A stretch of 64,000 nucleotides of DNA from an uncultured Gammaproteobacteria bacterium (GCA_964594455.1 CAZQLY010000004.1:61972-125971), one strand, 5' to 3'. Counted from the first letter of the stretch, positions 19,722 to 29,109 are shown. Program-made: numbers and translations. The notes: generated by a model not told the origin, from the sequence alone.

Positions 19722-20118
19722 GATGTCATATTCTACCCCCCCCCCCGCGATTTTGCCAGTGGCGCAAAAAGTAAAAAGCGCGTACAAACTCTGGTACGGC
19801 TACTATCAAACGCTTCCGAAAACGGCCCGTTATTCTCTGGGTCAGAAGGTTGACTGTTTGTTTGTGGACATTATCGAAGCCGTGGCCACGGCCAGCTTTT
19901 TGGCACGACAGGAAAAACTGCCTTACGTCAGGCGGGCTATCCAGAAACTGGACGCTATGAAGATTCTCCTTATGGTGCTTTGGGAGACCAAATCGCTCGA
20001 CAACAAGAAATATGCTGCCCTGTCCGGGCCTTTGGATGAAGTAGGTAGGATGTTAGGCGGCTGGAACGGACAGCTTACAAAACAAAACTCTCCCAGACAA
20101 GGGAGAGAAACGAGGTAA
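19720..20118 (+). CDS. avd: DGR accessory variability determinant (Avd, four-helix bundle)
   Basis: LPK..RYSLGQK...EVGRMLGGW motif; basic, ~130 aa; lies between TR and RT. Confidence 0.88.
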   Translation: MMSYSTPPPAILPVAQKVKSAYKLWYGYYQTLPKTARYSLGQKVDCLFVDIIEAVATASFLARQEKLPYVRRAIQKLDAMKILLMVLWETKSLDNKKYAALSGPLDEVGRMLGGWNGQLTKQNSPRQGRETR

Positions 20119-20119
20119 G

Positions 20120-20243
20120 TTGCGCGAACCGCCGCAGGGTTGTTGTCATTCCAGTCGTTGTCGAGCCAGTTGTAGTTCCAGTTCCACCTGTCACCGTCCC
20201 AGTTGAGGTAGCGGACGTTGAGATTGCCGTCAGAGTTGCGGTT
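20120..20243 (-). repeat. DGR template repeat (TR)
   Basis: AAC-rich (conceptual NRNSDGNLNVRYLNWDGDRWNWNYNWLDNDWNDNNPAAVRA); 111/124 identical to VR. Confidence 0.93.
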
Positions 20244-20485
20244 CTGTACAGCGTGCCGTCTATGCCACTGCCCTTTGAATACTCTTGGGGCTGTATCGTA
20301 TACGGCATAATAAATGCCCTAGCACGCTATACCAAGTAACTTCGTTTTTTGAGCGCCGTATTCTATTCTACTCCAAACTATAGCCTGGAATACTCGAAGA
20401 AATATGGTCACTGGATTCGGTCGTCAGCAACAGTAGTCGCTGACTGATTAACCTAGTACCGTTATTTAGTTTACAAAAAAGAAAA

Positions 20486-20532
20486 GACCCGCGCCATCCC
20501 GGTTGCGTCAGCACACCGGGACCACGCGGGCC
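20486..20532. other. GC-rich stem-loop downstream of VR (candidate DGR homing hairpin and/or terminator)
   Basis: CCCGCG/CGCGGG, TCCCGGT/ACCGGGA and TGC-GTCA-GCA pairings. Confidence 0.55.
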
Positions 20533-20598
20533 GAGCGGACAAAGCTCTAAGAACTGAAATCAAAGACCAAAGAGGTCTAGGAGTTCAAGCTCAAAGTG

Positions 20599-21162
20599 CT
20601 ACTTACTTGCGCGAACCGCCGCAGGGTTGCCGTCACCCCAGCCGTTGCCGAGCCAGTTGTAGTGCCAGTACCACCTGTCACCGCCCCAGTAGAGGTAGCG
20701 GACGCTGAGATTGCCGTAAGAGTTGCGGTAGATGGTGCCCCAGAAGAACACAGCCCTGCCCTTCCAGCTTTCGGGGATGAGCTGATGGTTGGCCAGCAGG
20801 TAGTCGAGGACGCAGGCGTTCAGGACGGGCTGACCTTCCAGCTTCTTGCGAAGCTCGTTGCCGACGATAGAGCCGTCCTTCTGCCCTTTATCGAGGTAGA
20901 GAGCGACGGCGTCGCTGCTCCACTCGAACTTGCCACCCTTCTTGTGCTCGAAGACTTCCCAGCCGTCGGGGATGAAGGGGTTGGCGTCACAGTCGATTAT
21001 TCGTCTCGTGACCGCGACCTCCAACTGGCCGCGAATGAGGCCCCGAATCAGGTCAAGGTGAGGCGAAGTGCGGAGCTTTGTCACATCGTCGGGAGTGTAA
21101 CCACTGGCCTCCAGCGCGTCGCCGAGCTGGTTCATCTGGCCGACCGAGTACAGCATTGACAT
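20599..21162 (-). CDS. DGR target protein with C-terminal variable region (probable C-type lectin-like fold)
   Basis: AAAGGAG RBS; C-terminus encoded by VR, ending WLGNGWGDGNPAAVRASK. Confidence 0.9.
   Translation of the reverse strand: MSMLYSVGQMNQLGDALEASGYTPDDVTKLRTSPHLDLIRGLIRGQLEVAVTRRIIDCDANPFIPDGWEVFEHKKGGKFEWSSDAVALYLDKGQKDGSIVGNELRKKLEGQPVLNACVLDYLLANHQLIPESWKGRAVFFWGTIYRNSYGNLSVRYLYWGGDRWYWHYNWLGNGWGDGNPAAVRASK
20607..20730 (-). repeat. DGR variable repeat (VR)
   Basis: 13 mismatches to TR, 12 of them at TR adenines. Confidence 0.93.
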
Positions 21163-21569
21163 CGTCAACTCCTTTCGTTTGGACACGTTCTTGATTAGAA
21201 CCCGTCCTGCCTTTTGCTTATGGCTACACCGTGCAGCCATAGCTAGAAACCGCCCCTTGTCTGGAGAAGCTTGTAGCTATGGCCACAAACGCAAGTAAAA
21301 ATATCCTTGTAAAGTACAGACAGGGCAGAGTATCATATTTACTCGTTTACGTCAAGCCCCATTGTAAAAACTACAATTGACATCCAAACCCAGTTCTGAT
21401 ATCCTCATCTGAAGATCTTTACAACCATTCCCTCTGGTGAAAAGGCTAGAAAAGTTCCAGCTTTCTCGCTGGAGGGAATCTAAGGATGGTGGTCAAAAAA
21501 ACACCCGGATTGTAATAGTCGCACAATCCACCCTTTTTCCTTCTGGGCCGTATCCACTAAAGAAACACA

Positions 21570-21722
21570 ATGCGATTTCTACTCCTCCTGGTGTTGACCA
21601 TCATTCTTGCCAAACTGTTCATTCCCGAGATTGCCGGACCTCTCGTCGACATCTTCAGCAAGTTGCTAACTGCTCTGTCCGTCTTTCTCGAACACCTGAT
21701 TGCTTCTGTCCCTGTTACCTAG
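21570..21722 (+). CDS. 50-aa hydrophobic microprotein MRFLLLLVLTIILAKLFIPEIAG...
   Basis: TTGACA-N17-TATCCT promoter at 21376; hairpin leader; terminator GCGCCCC/GGGGCGC plus T-tract. Confidence 0.4.
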   Translation: MRFLLLLVLTIILAKLFIPEIAGPLVDIFSKLLTALSVFLEHLIASVPVT

Positions 21723-21819
21723 AGTAACAGCGACAGACAACACCTTGCGCCCCAATTGACTACCTATAGTCAGGGGCGCTTTTTTTTATTTGCCTAAATC
21801 CAATCCATCTACTCTATAT

Positions 21820-21845
21820 GTAAGCGAGCGTTAACGCTCGCTTAC
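21820..21845. repeat. perfect 26-bp palindrome GTAAGCGAGCGTTAACGCTCGCTTAC (REP family shared with the RAYT-internal repeats)
   Basis: Same GTAAGCG...CGCTTAC frame as 53851-53878 and 53905-53932. Confidence 0.7.
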
Positions 21846-21979
21846 GAATAGGGCTATCTTTAGCCATTGCAAATAACCCGCCGCAGGATTTATACTGCAC
21901 CAAATGCAATAAAATACAAATCGGGGGCGGGTTTTTGATTTTAAAACAACGGCCTTAGTTTCCTAAGGCCGTTGAATAT

Positions 21980-22048
21980 TTATGATCCGCAAGTGCAGGG
22001 ATCATTGCCACAAGTTGGACATGGTTCCAACATTTTGTAGTCTCCCAT
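21980..22048 (-). CDS. Cys-rich micropeptide (MGDYK)MLEPCPTCGNDPCTCGS
   Basis: CxxC...CxC pattern; followed by strong hairpin CAACGGCCTTAG/CTAAGGCCGTTG. Confidence 0.4.
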   Translation of the reverse strand: MGDYKMLEPCPTCGNDPCTCGS

Positions 22049-22252
22049 CTTTACGGTTTAGCTTTGTTTTTGAATTATATCATATATTATATCTAGGCAA
22101 AAAATTAATAAATTTAGCTAAAGTAAGATAAATTTCTAAAGAATAGCTAAACTCAAACGTTAAAATACTGTTATTTTATCCCCATTTTATTGCCTTTTTT
22201 TAAATTTCAGCTATAATAAGTGCAGAATGTTAATAACTTATTAAGGAGACGT

Positions 22253-22537
22253 ATGGCAAAAGGACTAAGTAAGTCTCAGCTGTTTGCTCTCTTGGCCGAG
22301 AAATCAGGCCGATCAAAAAAAGAGATCTCTGATTTCATGGACCTATTGGCTGAAACCGTCTACAGCGAATGCAAAACCAATGGCGAGTTCACCTTTCCAG
22401 GTCTAGGAAAAATGGTCAAGAAAAACAGAGCAGCTCGTCAAGGCCGCAACCCAGCCACTGGCGAAACCATTCAGATTCCGGCAAAGACCGTTCTGAAATT
22501 CCGCGTGGCCAAAGCAGCCAAAGACGCAATTCTCTAG
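22253..22537 (+). CDS. hup: HU family DNA-binding protein
   Basis: FPGLGK....RAARQGRNPATGETIQIPAK..LKFR. Confidence 0.95.
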   Translation: MAKGLSKSQLFALLAEKSGRSKKEISDFMDLLAETVYSECKTNGEFTFPGLGKMVKKNRAARQGRNPATGETIQIPAKTVLKFRVAKAAKDAIL

Positions 22538-22587
22538 CATCTAACTAACAAAAAAGGCCGAACCAAGGCCTTTTTTGTTATATATAT

Positions 22588-24309
22588 TTATCTCGCTGCG
22601 AAGAAGTGTCCGGTGGCAATTTTTACGCCAGTCTGTACGTTGGCTGGAAAGGCTAAGAACTCATGATAAATCTGAGCACCATCTTCACGCAATATTCTCA
22701 CTAAAGCTTGGTCGCCCGATCGCACTGCTACTACCCACTCATCTCGGCCATTATAATTAAAGTCTCCACCGGCCACGCTAACCCCGCCCCGGAAGTCAGG
22801 ATGGAATACAAAATATCCCGGATGCTTCAAACCTGTGCTGCCATCTTCACGTCGACCGAACATTCTGACATGTGGTCCGCCCCTAGTTTCCGGTCCGGTC
22901 AATATTTCATACTGACCATCACCATTCCAATCCAACGTGCCAAAGCTCACGCCGCCTCTGAAATCCTGCTGATAGGCAAAGAAGCCTAATATTCTTTCCT
23001 GAAATCTTCCATCAATAATATTAAACATGCGAACGTGCGGTCCCCCGCTATTGACCGAAGGAACAGTTAGCAGTTCATCCTTACCCATACCGTCAACGTT
23101 TGCTACTGTGATGCTTACACCTCCTCGGAGCTGAGGGCTGTAAGCAAAAAAGTTTTCGATCACCGGAGTATATTTTCCGTTCCGATAACCAAAGGTACGA
23201 ATATTTGGACCACCGTTGGAAGCTGGGGCTGTAACTATTTCCGCGCCCTGCCGGCCATCTAATTCTCCTAAGGCAACGTTTACTCCGCCAGTAAACCCAT
23301 CGTCATAAGCCAAGAAGCTATTTATTAAAATACCCTGGTAATTAAAAACTCTAATCTCTGGGATGCGTCCAGGGCCAGGACCTACGACTATTTCATCAAT
23401 GCCGTCATTCCCCAGATCACCCACCGCAACATTTACTCCTCCACGGAACGCTTCTTCATAGGCAAAAAACTGTGATAATAATTCTCCCTCTTTGTTGAAT
23501 ACTCTGATCTGGGGTCCTCCGCCCTGGTTTGCCGCCGCTACCACGTAGGTTTCTTGCAGCAATATTTGTTCTCCTCCTTCCGCGGTGCACTCACGACTTT
23601 CACCGGGTTTATACTCTTCTGTTCCACAGGAATTTTGGTCGGTGCATTCTCTGGTTTGTTGACCTTGGCTGCATTCTAACCAATCAGTACAAGTCCAATT
23701 CTCTTCACAGATATCTTGATTTTCTTCACAAGACTGGCTCTCAGACGGCTTATCTTGATAAGTACCGCAAGCGTTCAAGTCAACACAGGTTCGAGTTTGC
23801 TCCCCATCTATGCATTCGGTCCAAGTAGAACAAGACCAGCTTTCAAAACAGGCTGTTGTTTTTGCTGCCACGTTTGATAACAACGATTCATTGTCTTCGT
23901 CATCATATGTTTTGATGGCAAAATAATATGTAGTTTTGGGATTCAGTCCTGTGATCAAAAATGTTTCAGTAGAATTAGCTGACTTTGGTGTGGGAGGGTT
24001 TTGAACAACTGTGGCTTGACTCCAATTATTATTGGTAATGGAAAAGGTGGCGTAACGGATATCATAACGCACTGCTTGGCCAATATAGCTGTCATCTCCT
24101 GGAGCAGTCCAAGACATTGTCACAGAGTTTGAAGCATCCGCGGCTAAAACAGAAGGGAAAGAAACTGCCGCCGTTGTTACCACATTACCCGCAAAGACAA
24201 TTACCAACATTTTCAAAAACACCCAAAGCATTCCCATAAATAAAGGATAAGCAACTAATCTACTGGTAATGGTTTTGGTAGAAGTGGCCGTCGGAATATA
24301 CATAATCAT
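22588..24309 (-). CDS. surface protein: Fn3 domain, Cys-rich TSP1-like repeats, FG-GAP repeats
   Basis: SWTAPGDD...YYFAIK; C.E.W.C..W..C..G.QTR.C; FFAY...FRGGV.VA.GD repeats. Confidence 0.85.
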   Translation of the reverse strand: MIMYIPTATSTKTITSRLVAYPLFMGMLWVFLKMLVIVFAGNVVTTAAVSFPSVLAADASNSVTMSWTAPGDDSYIGQAVRYDIRYATFSITNNNWSQATVVQNPPTPKSANSTETFLITGLNPKTTYYFAIKTYDDEDNESLLSNVAAKTTACFESWSCSTWTECIDGEQTRTCVDLNACGTYQDKPSESQSCEENQDICEENWTCTDWLECSQGQQTRECTDQNSCGTEEYKPGESRECTAEGGEQILLQETYVVAAANQGGGPQIRVFNKEGELLSQFFAYEEAFRGGVNVAVGDLGNDGIDEIVVGPGPGRIPEIRVFNYQGILINSFLAYDDGFTGGVNVALGELDGRQGAEIVTAPASNGGPNIRTFGYRNGKYTPVIENFFAYSPQLRGGVSITVANVDGMGKDELLTVPSVNSGGPHVRMFNIIDGRFQERILGFFAYQQDFRGGVSFGTLDWNGDGQYEILTGPETRGGPHVRMFGRREDGSTGLKHPGYFVFHPDFRGGVSVAGGDFNYNGRDEWVVAVRSGDQALVRILREDGAQIYHEFLAFPANVQTGVKIATGHFFAAR

Positions 24310-27300
24310 AGTGTTTCTAGATCGGTTATTCGTCCCGGGGGTGTCGAATCACAGCTTTGTATTTCGTCCGGTTTGTTGGAGTCAGCACCGCAATTATTTT
24401 GGTCAGAGCACTGCCTGGTCTGATAGCTGTCAACACAAATAGACCATTCAGTACATTGCCATTCTGGAGTACAATCACTAATCCCGTCCATAACCGTGAT
24501 AGTTATCGAATCAGTATCAATACCTTCATAATCATCCGTAACAGTAAAGACGATATCGGTATATACGCCTGACTGTTCAGTGTCGGGCTGCCAAGAAAAT
24601 GATCCCGTTCTATCACCATTATCAATAAATGCTGCGCCTTCGGGCAGATTATCTGCCGTTAAAACTAAGGTGTCTGCTACATCATCGTCTGTGGCAATAA
24701 TAGTAAACTCCAAACTGTCCATCTCATGAATGTTTTTGTCCTCAGCGTCAACCAGGCTTGGCTGTCTATTGGTATTAGCAATAGTGATAGTGATAAATTC
24801 AGCGTCAGTAGTAAGACTATCAGTCACACTGAAACTAACAAAAGGATAATTGGCAGCTTGGTCATAATCCGGCGTCCAAGAAAATGTCGCTGTCTTATCA
24901 CCATGGTCCTGAAGGTCTGAGCCGGCCGGACCATTATACATAGTGAATACCAGCGTATCGCTATCGCTGTCAGTGGCGCTAAGATCAAACGTTAAAAGCT
25001 CTCCTTCTGATCCCTCTTGTGATCCAATAGGGGCGAGGACTGGGCGGAAACTAAACTCTAAGGCTGTTGAATACTCGGAGGGTGTGGTTTCAAAATCGGT
25101 CCCCTCTTCGACAGCTGAAACTCTATACTTCCAAGTACCTGTGGTTGGCTCATCCAGATAAGAGATGATTGAGCCATCAGTTTGATCGACCGTATCCACC
25201 AAGATTTCTTCTTCTGTATTAACATTCTTTCTGTAAACATTATAATAATTTATGTCATCTTCAGAATTTGGCGTCCATTCGACTCTGACATAATCACCAT
25301 TATGCCTGGTAGCTGTAGGCTGGGCTGGACTATTGGGCCGATTCTGATCCAAGGCCTGGATTAATTCTGCTACTGTCATGCCCGAGTGGCCAATTATATA
25401 AATCGGCGCCATATCTATATCAACATCAAAACTACTGCCTGAACCGACATCAATCGGGTTTCCTTCGATATCAATGACATCAACATTATCTGTATTAACA
25501 GGCACTCCTTCCAAACCCGCCCCGCTGTATTCCTGGTCATAATTAAAGATTGTGGCAATAGGCACGGTTTGATCTGGAAGATTCAAATCAGGAGCCTCAA
25601 AAATAAATGCTCGACTATAATCGTCAAGGATCCCATTGGTTCTCAGGTCTTCGGTTTCTACACGTCGAATATACTCGGAATTTTCCAGCAAAGTCGTCAT
25701 CTGAGCGTAAGCAGTGGCAGTAATCATGGGAGTATTGTCGTATTCAAAAAAGCTATAACCTAAATACGTCGGTGCGTAGGTATTGAATAGTCCAAAGAAA
25801 AATCCTTTATCAATCCCATTAGCTATTAAATATAAGTGAACACGAATACTATCTGATGTAACCTTCCGAGCCATGGGTATTGATCCACTCATATTCTTCC
25901 ATTGCTGCCAATCTGAATCGCCTACCCAGCCAGGCACACCATTAACCATGGCTGTATCAGGATAAATTCTTGGATGGTTGTAGCCAAACTCGCTATTCCA
26001 GTTTGGCTTTGTATTCTCGCCATCCGGTGAAGAATCATCCAAACGCCCCATCCAGGTGTTTATTCCATCATCAATATCGGTCCGGCTCGTTCCTGAACCA
26101 TCTTCGGGTATTTGACGAAATCCATGTTGGAATCGATCATAATGATGTGGTGCAAAAATATCAAACAACCCATATCCAGAACCATGGATACCATCATCAT
26201 ATGTCAGCATTTCATTTAACCAATCATCACCACGGCTAGGGCCAACAACTTTGTTTTCAATCGTATCTTGGTTGGCGTGGATAGCCTCTTCGGCCCGCCA
26301 AAGATAAGCATAATATTCTTCCGCTTCTAAGGTGTTTGGTTCATTCAATACTTCATAAGCATTTATATCATCACCGTAATGTTCAACTGCAGTCCCGACA
26401 AATTGCTGCCAAGTTCCCGCTGGCCCCTCTTCTCTACCGATCACCGGCATCAAAGAAATATGATGGTTGGCTGCTGCCTCTACATAATCATCTAAGTAAG
26501 GGTCTTCATCAATGCCGTCTTCAATATTATCTTTAACAATCATCGGGAATTCTCGGGAGTACTTTATGCCCAGATCACGGGCTATTTCTAAATACTCATT
26601 GAGCGGACGGTTAGCAGAAAAATAGTAATGATCATAGGTACTGCTGATATCCAACAAACCTAACGATACATGGTTTCCAAAAAATGAATCAGTTATATCC
26701 TGATCCCGATAAGGAGATTTCTCCGCAATTCCCAGGACTAAAAACTCTTTATCCAGCATCTTTGATTCATCGGGTGTCCAGAGTTCATAAGCCAGGGTAA
26801 ACCACCCCTTGGATTTTAATGGCGCTGCCGCGGCTATCAGGCTGGATAAATCTTGGGTTATAGTCTGACGGTTAGAAGCATCATGTGAAACCAATACCTC
26901 TCCCTGGTCCAAAGCCGTATTTGTATCAAAATAATCCCCTAAGCTGTCATACAGCTGCCATTTTATTTTCGAATCGTTATCTAACGAGGTTTTTTCCAAA
27001 ATTTCTAACTGGGTATATATATTCTCACCATCATCCAACCAATAAAAATTACCGTTTTTGGGATTCGCGCCTTCTGCATCGGTAGAAGTGTAGGCAAATA
27101 GTTCTTGCTGAGAAGTTTGATAGATATAATCAGTTGGTGCGGGATTACTCTGGTTGGAAGCATACTCAAACTGTATAGCGTCAACTAAAAGAACTCCCAT
27201 GCCCCAACACTGGGGCTGGAGAGTACTACTAACTAATAATTCCGGATGAAATATCTCCCCAGCCTGGATCATGGGGTCGCTAGTGGTTGCAACATACACT

Positions 27301-28010
27301 CGTTTCCAGCCCTCAGCTGGTGTAACACTAAATTGACCAGACCCTTCAGTATAGTTATCCCAGATATCGTTATAAATCCTCAAACGAACTCCAATAGCTG
27401 TGTTGGAGCAAGAATCATTGTCATCAACTTGTCCTCCAACCTCTGTGGCCTTTAGCCAAACAGAAAAAACATATCGGCCAGTTTCTGGTGCTGTAATATA
27501 ATTGAGATCAATAGAGGCTCCTCCGGCATTACGATTATCAAATTTTAAACTGTATTCTCCATCGTAAGAATCTTCATCAGTTAGACTTGTCATAACTAGG
27601 CCTCGAACCGGATCGTCAGCAAAAATATCACCACTACCAGGGTTGTAATAGTCATAATGAAGCCTCTGAGTAACGCTGATGGAATCGTAGACCCCATTAA
27701 CGCCAAACTCAAAACTCGAGTCCTCGGAAATCAAATTTCTAGTCTGATACTCACCGCATAATTCACCCTCAGACACGTCACCACGATAAGTGCAATGATT
27801 CTCATAGGTCTCCGAATAAGGATATGAAACGCCTTTTACCTCTCCTGAGGCACCCGTCGAATCATTTAGGTTCAATGAATAAAAAAAACCGACCAGCAAA
27901 ACCAGTCCGAGATATAGCACGATTAAAGCGTTTGTAGCCGATTTGCTCAGCCACACCCACAGTTCGTTCTTCTGTTTTACTTTCTTTTTCTTGGAACGCA
28001 TTGCGCTCAA
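24306..28010 (-). CDS. large membrane-anchored protein: carbohydrate-binding-like region, GH-A clan glycoside hydrolase-like domain, Fn3, Ig/cadherin-like and Cys-rich repeats
   Basis: YEVLNEP acid/base and WNSEFG nucleophile-like motifs; ATD.D.D.L...FSWTP repeats. Confidence 0.75.
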   Translation of the reverse strand: MSAMRSKKKKVKQKNELWVWLSKSATNALIVLYLGLVLLVGFFYSLNLNDSTGASGEVKGVSYPYSETYENHCTYRGDVSEGELCGEYQTRNLISEDSSFEFGVNGVYDSISVTQRLHYDYYNPGSGDIFADDPVRGLVMTSLTDEDSYDGEYSLKFDNRNAGGASIDLNYITAPETGRYVFSVWLKATEVGGQVDDNDSCSNTAIGVRLRIYNDIWDNYTEGSGQFSVTPAEGWKRVYVATTSDPMIQAGEIFHPELLVSSTLQPQCWGMGVLLVDAIQFEYASNQSNPAPTDYIYQTSQQELFAYTSTDAEGANPKNGNFYWLDDGENIYTQLEILEKTSLDNDSKIKWQLYDSLGDYFDTNTALDQGEVLVSHDASNRQTITQDLSSLIAAAAPLKSKGWFTLAYELWTPDESKMLDKEFLVLGIAEKSPYRDQDITDSFFGNHVSLGLLDISSTYDHYYFSANRPLNEYLEIARDLGIKYSREFPMIVKDNIEDGIDEDPYLDDYVEAAANHHISLMPVIGREEGPAGTWQQFVGTAVEHYGDDINAYEVLNEPNTLEAEEYYAYLWRAEEAIHANQDTIENKVVGPSRGDDWLNEMLTYDDGIHGSGYGLFDIFAPHHYDRFQHGFRQIPEDGSGTSRTDIDDGINTWMGRLDDSSPDGENTKPNWNSEFGYNHPRIYPDTAMVNGVPGWVGDSDWQQWKNMSGSIPMARKVTSDSIRVHLYLIANGIDKGFFFGLFNTYAPTYLGYSFFEYDNTPMITATAYAQMTTLLENSEYIRRVETEDLRTNGILDDYSRAFIFEAPDLNLPDQTVPIATIFNYDQEYSGAGLEGVPVNTDNVDVIDIEGNPIDVGSGSSFDVDIDMAPIYIIGHSGMTVAELIQALDQNRPNSPAQPTATRHNGDYVRVEWTPNSEDDINYYNVYRKNVNTEEEILVDTVDQTDGSIISYLDEPTTGTWKYRVSAVEEGTDFETTPSEYSTALEFSFRPVLAPIGSQEGSEGELLTFDLSATDSDSDTLVFTMYNGPAGSDLQDHGDKTATFSWTPDYDQAANYPFVSFSVTDSLTTDAEFITITIANTNRQPSLVDAEDKNIHEMDSLEFTIIATDDDVADTLVLTADNLPEGAAFIDNGDRTGSFSWQPDTEQSGVYTDIVFTVTDDYEGIDTDSITITVMDGISDCTPEWQCTEWSICVDSYQTRQCSDQNNCGADSNKPDEIQSCDSTPPGRITDLETL

Positions 28011-28116
28011 ATAATGAATAAATTATAACCTTTTTTATTGTTTCAGTCAATTAAAAAAATCCCGCTTAGCGCACTAAGCGGGACTCGAGAGGAATGAACC
28101 ATGAAGCGAGCTGACA

Positions 28117-29109
28117 TCAGCGCCAGTGTGGATCGCGATCGTTCTCGTCGCCATCCGTCTTCTGGGCCAAAGTCATATCGTCCAGATTCAGGATCCAGAG
28201 GTGATAGATCTGCCTTCCGTAGTCCGGCAGATAGCGTCTCGCAAACACGATCTGGTCGCCCATTGGCGAGAAGCAGGCGTCGAAATCCTTGACCGTTGTA
28301 TCGTCGGTCAGCTGCCTCCGATTGCCGGTCCGGATGTCCATAAGCCAGAGATTAGTCGCGTAACGATTATCGCGATGCTCCTCGGAGTAGACGATCTGAC
28401 GGCTGTCGGGTGAAAAGGCCGGGGAACCGCTATCAATGTCCGTCAGCAACCTCGCCTCACCCGTGCTGGTGTCGATCAAGCATACCCGGCTCCCAGTCAT
28501 AGTACAGGCGATATATTTTCCGTTGGGCGAGATCTTGGCCGTCATCGGTAAGCCGTAATCACCCAGTTCGTACTCGGTGAAAGATCCGGCTTCAACGTCA
28601 TAGACAACCACCCACCTATATGAGCCGCTTGGCCTCCCACACCTGATGAAACAGATCTGCCTGCCGTCCCAAGTCAGACTCGGGCCGATATAGTCAGAGG
28701 TGTTGGGCAAACCGGGGAACAGCTCCGTTGACATTCCACCGTCGGTGCACACCAATTCCAGATAGTAATGGTAATAGTCGCGAGTGACATTAATGAAGAC
28801 ATTCTCGAACGGCACCCAAACCGGGGTATCGTTCCTGACCTCATTATGGGTCACCCGAACCACCAGACTGTCCGACAGCATATGAACTTCGGTTCGGCCG
28901 CCGGTCTCGAGCAACTCATCCAGGTAGCGGGTAAACAAGATACCCTCGGCCTGGCAATCCGAGCAACTGAACCGGTCGATCACACAGTCAACATCAGAAT
29001 AGATGTTAGGCGTGACTTCCGGTTTGGTCGTCGTAGAGTCCTCGGAACATCCGGCTGCCAGGAGCACGCAGAGCGCCCCTAGACTTAAAATGGAAAAGAT
29101 CGACTTCAT
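28117..29109 (-). CDS. lipoprotein with TolB-like (PD40) beta-propeller
   Basis: Lipobox LAAGC; SPNGKYI, PAFSPDSRQIVY, FSP.GDQIVF. Confidence 0.85.
   Translation of the reverse strand: MKSIFSILSLGALCVLLAAGCSEDSTTTKPEVTPNIYSDVDCVIDRFSCSDCQAEGILFTRYLDELLETGGRTEVHMLSDSLVVRVTHNEVRNDTPVWVPFENVFINVTRDYYHYYLELVCTDGGMSTELFPGLPNTSDYIGPSLTWDGRQICFIRCGRPSGSYRWVVVYDVEAGSFTEYELGDYGLPMTAKISPNGKYIACTMTGSRVCLIDTSTGEARLLTDIDSGSPAFSPDSRQIVYSEEHRDNRYATNLWLMDIRTGNRRQLTDDTTVKDFDACFSPMGDQIVFARRYLPDYGRQIYHLWILNLDDMTLAQKTDGDENDRDPHWR

Larger units (their letters stand above)
18708..21162 (-). mobile_element. diversity-generating retroelement (target/VR, TR, avd, RT)
   Basis: RT, four-helix Avd and a 124-bp TR/VR pair with adenine-specific mismatches. 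Confidence 0.95.

Noticed and set aside
18708-19787. RT as a group II intron, retron or Abi RT; upstream start at 19787
   Set aside because: No maturase/endonuclease domain or retron VTG motif; the TR/VR pair and Avd define a DGR. The upstream extension overlaps avd, so ATG 19721 is preferred.
20075-21159. ORFs 20075..20308(-) and 20596..21159(+)
   Set aside because: Alternative-frame reading of TR and antisense shadow of the target gene.
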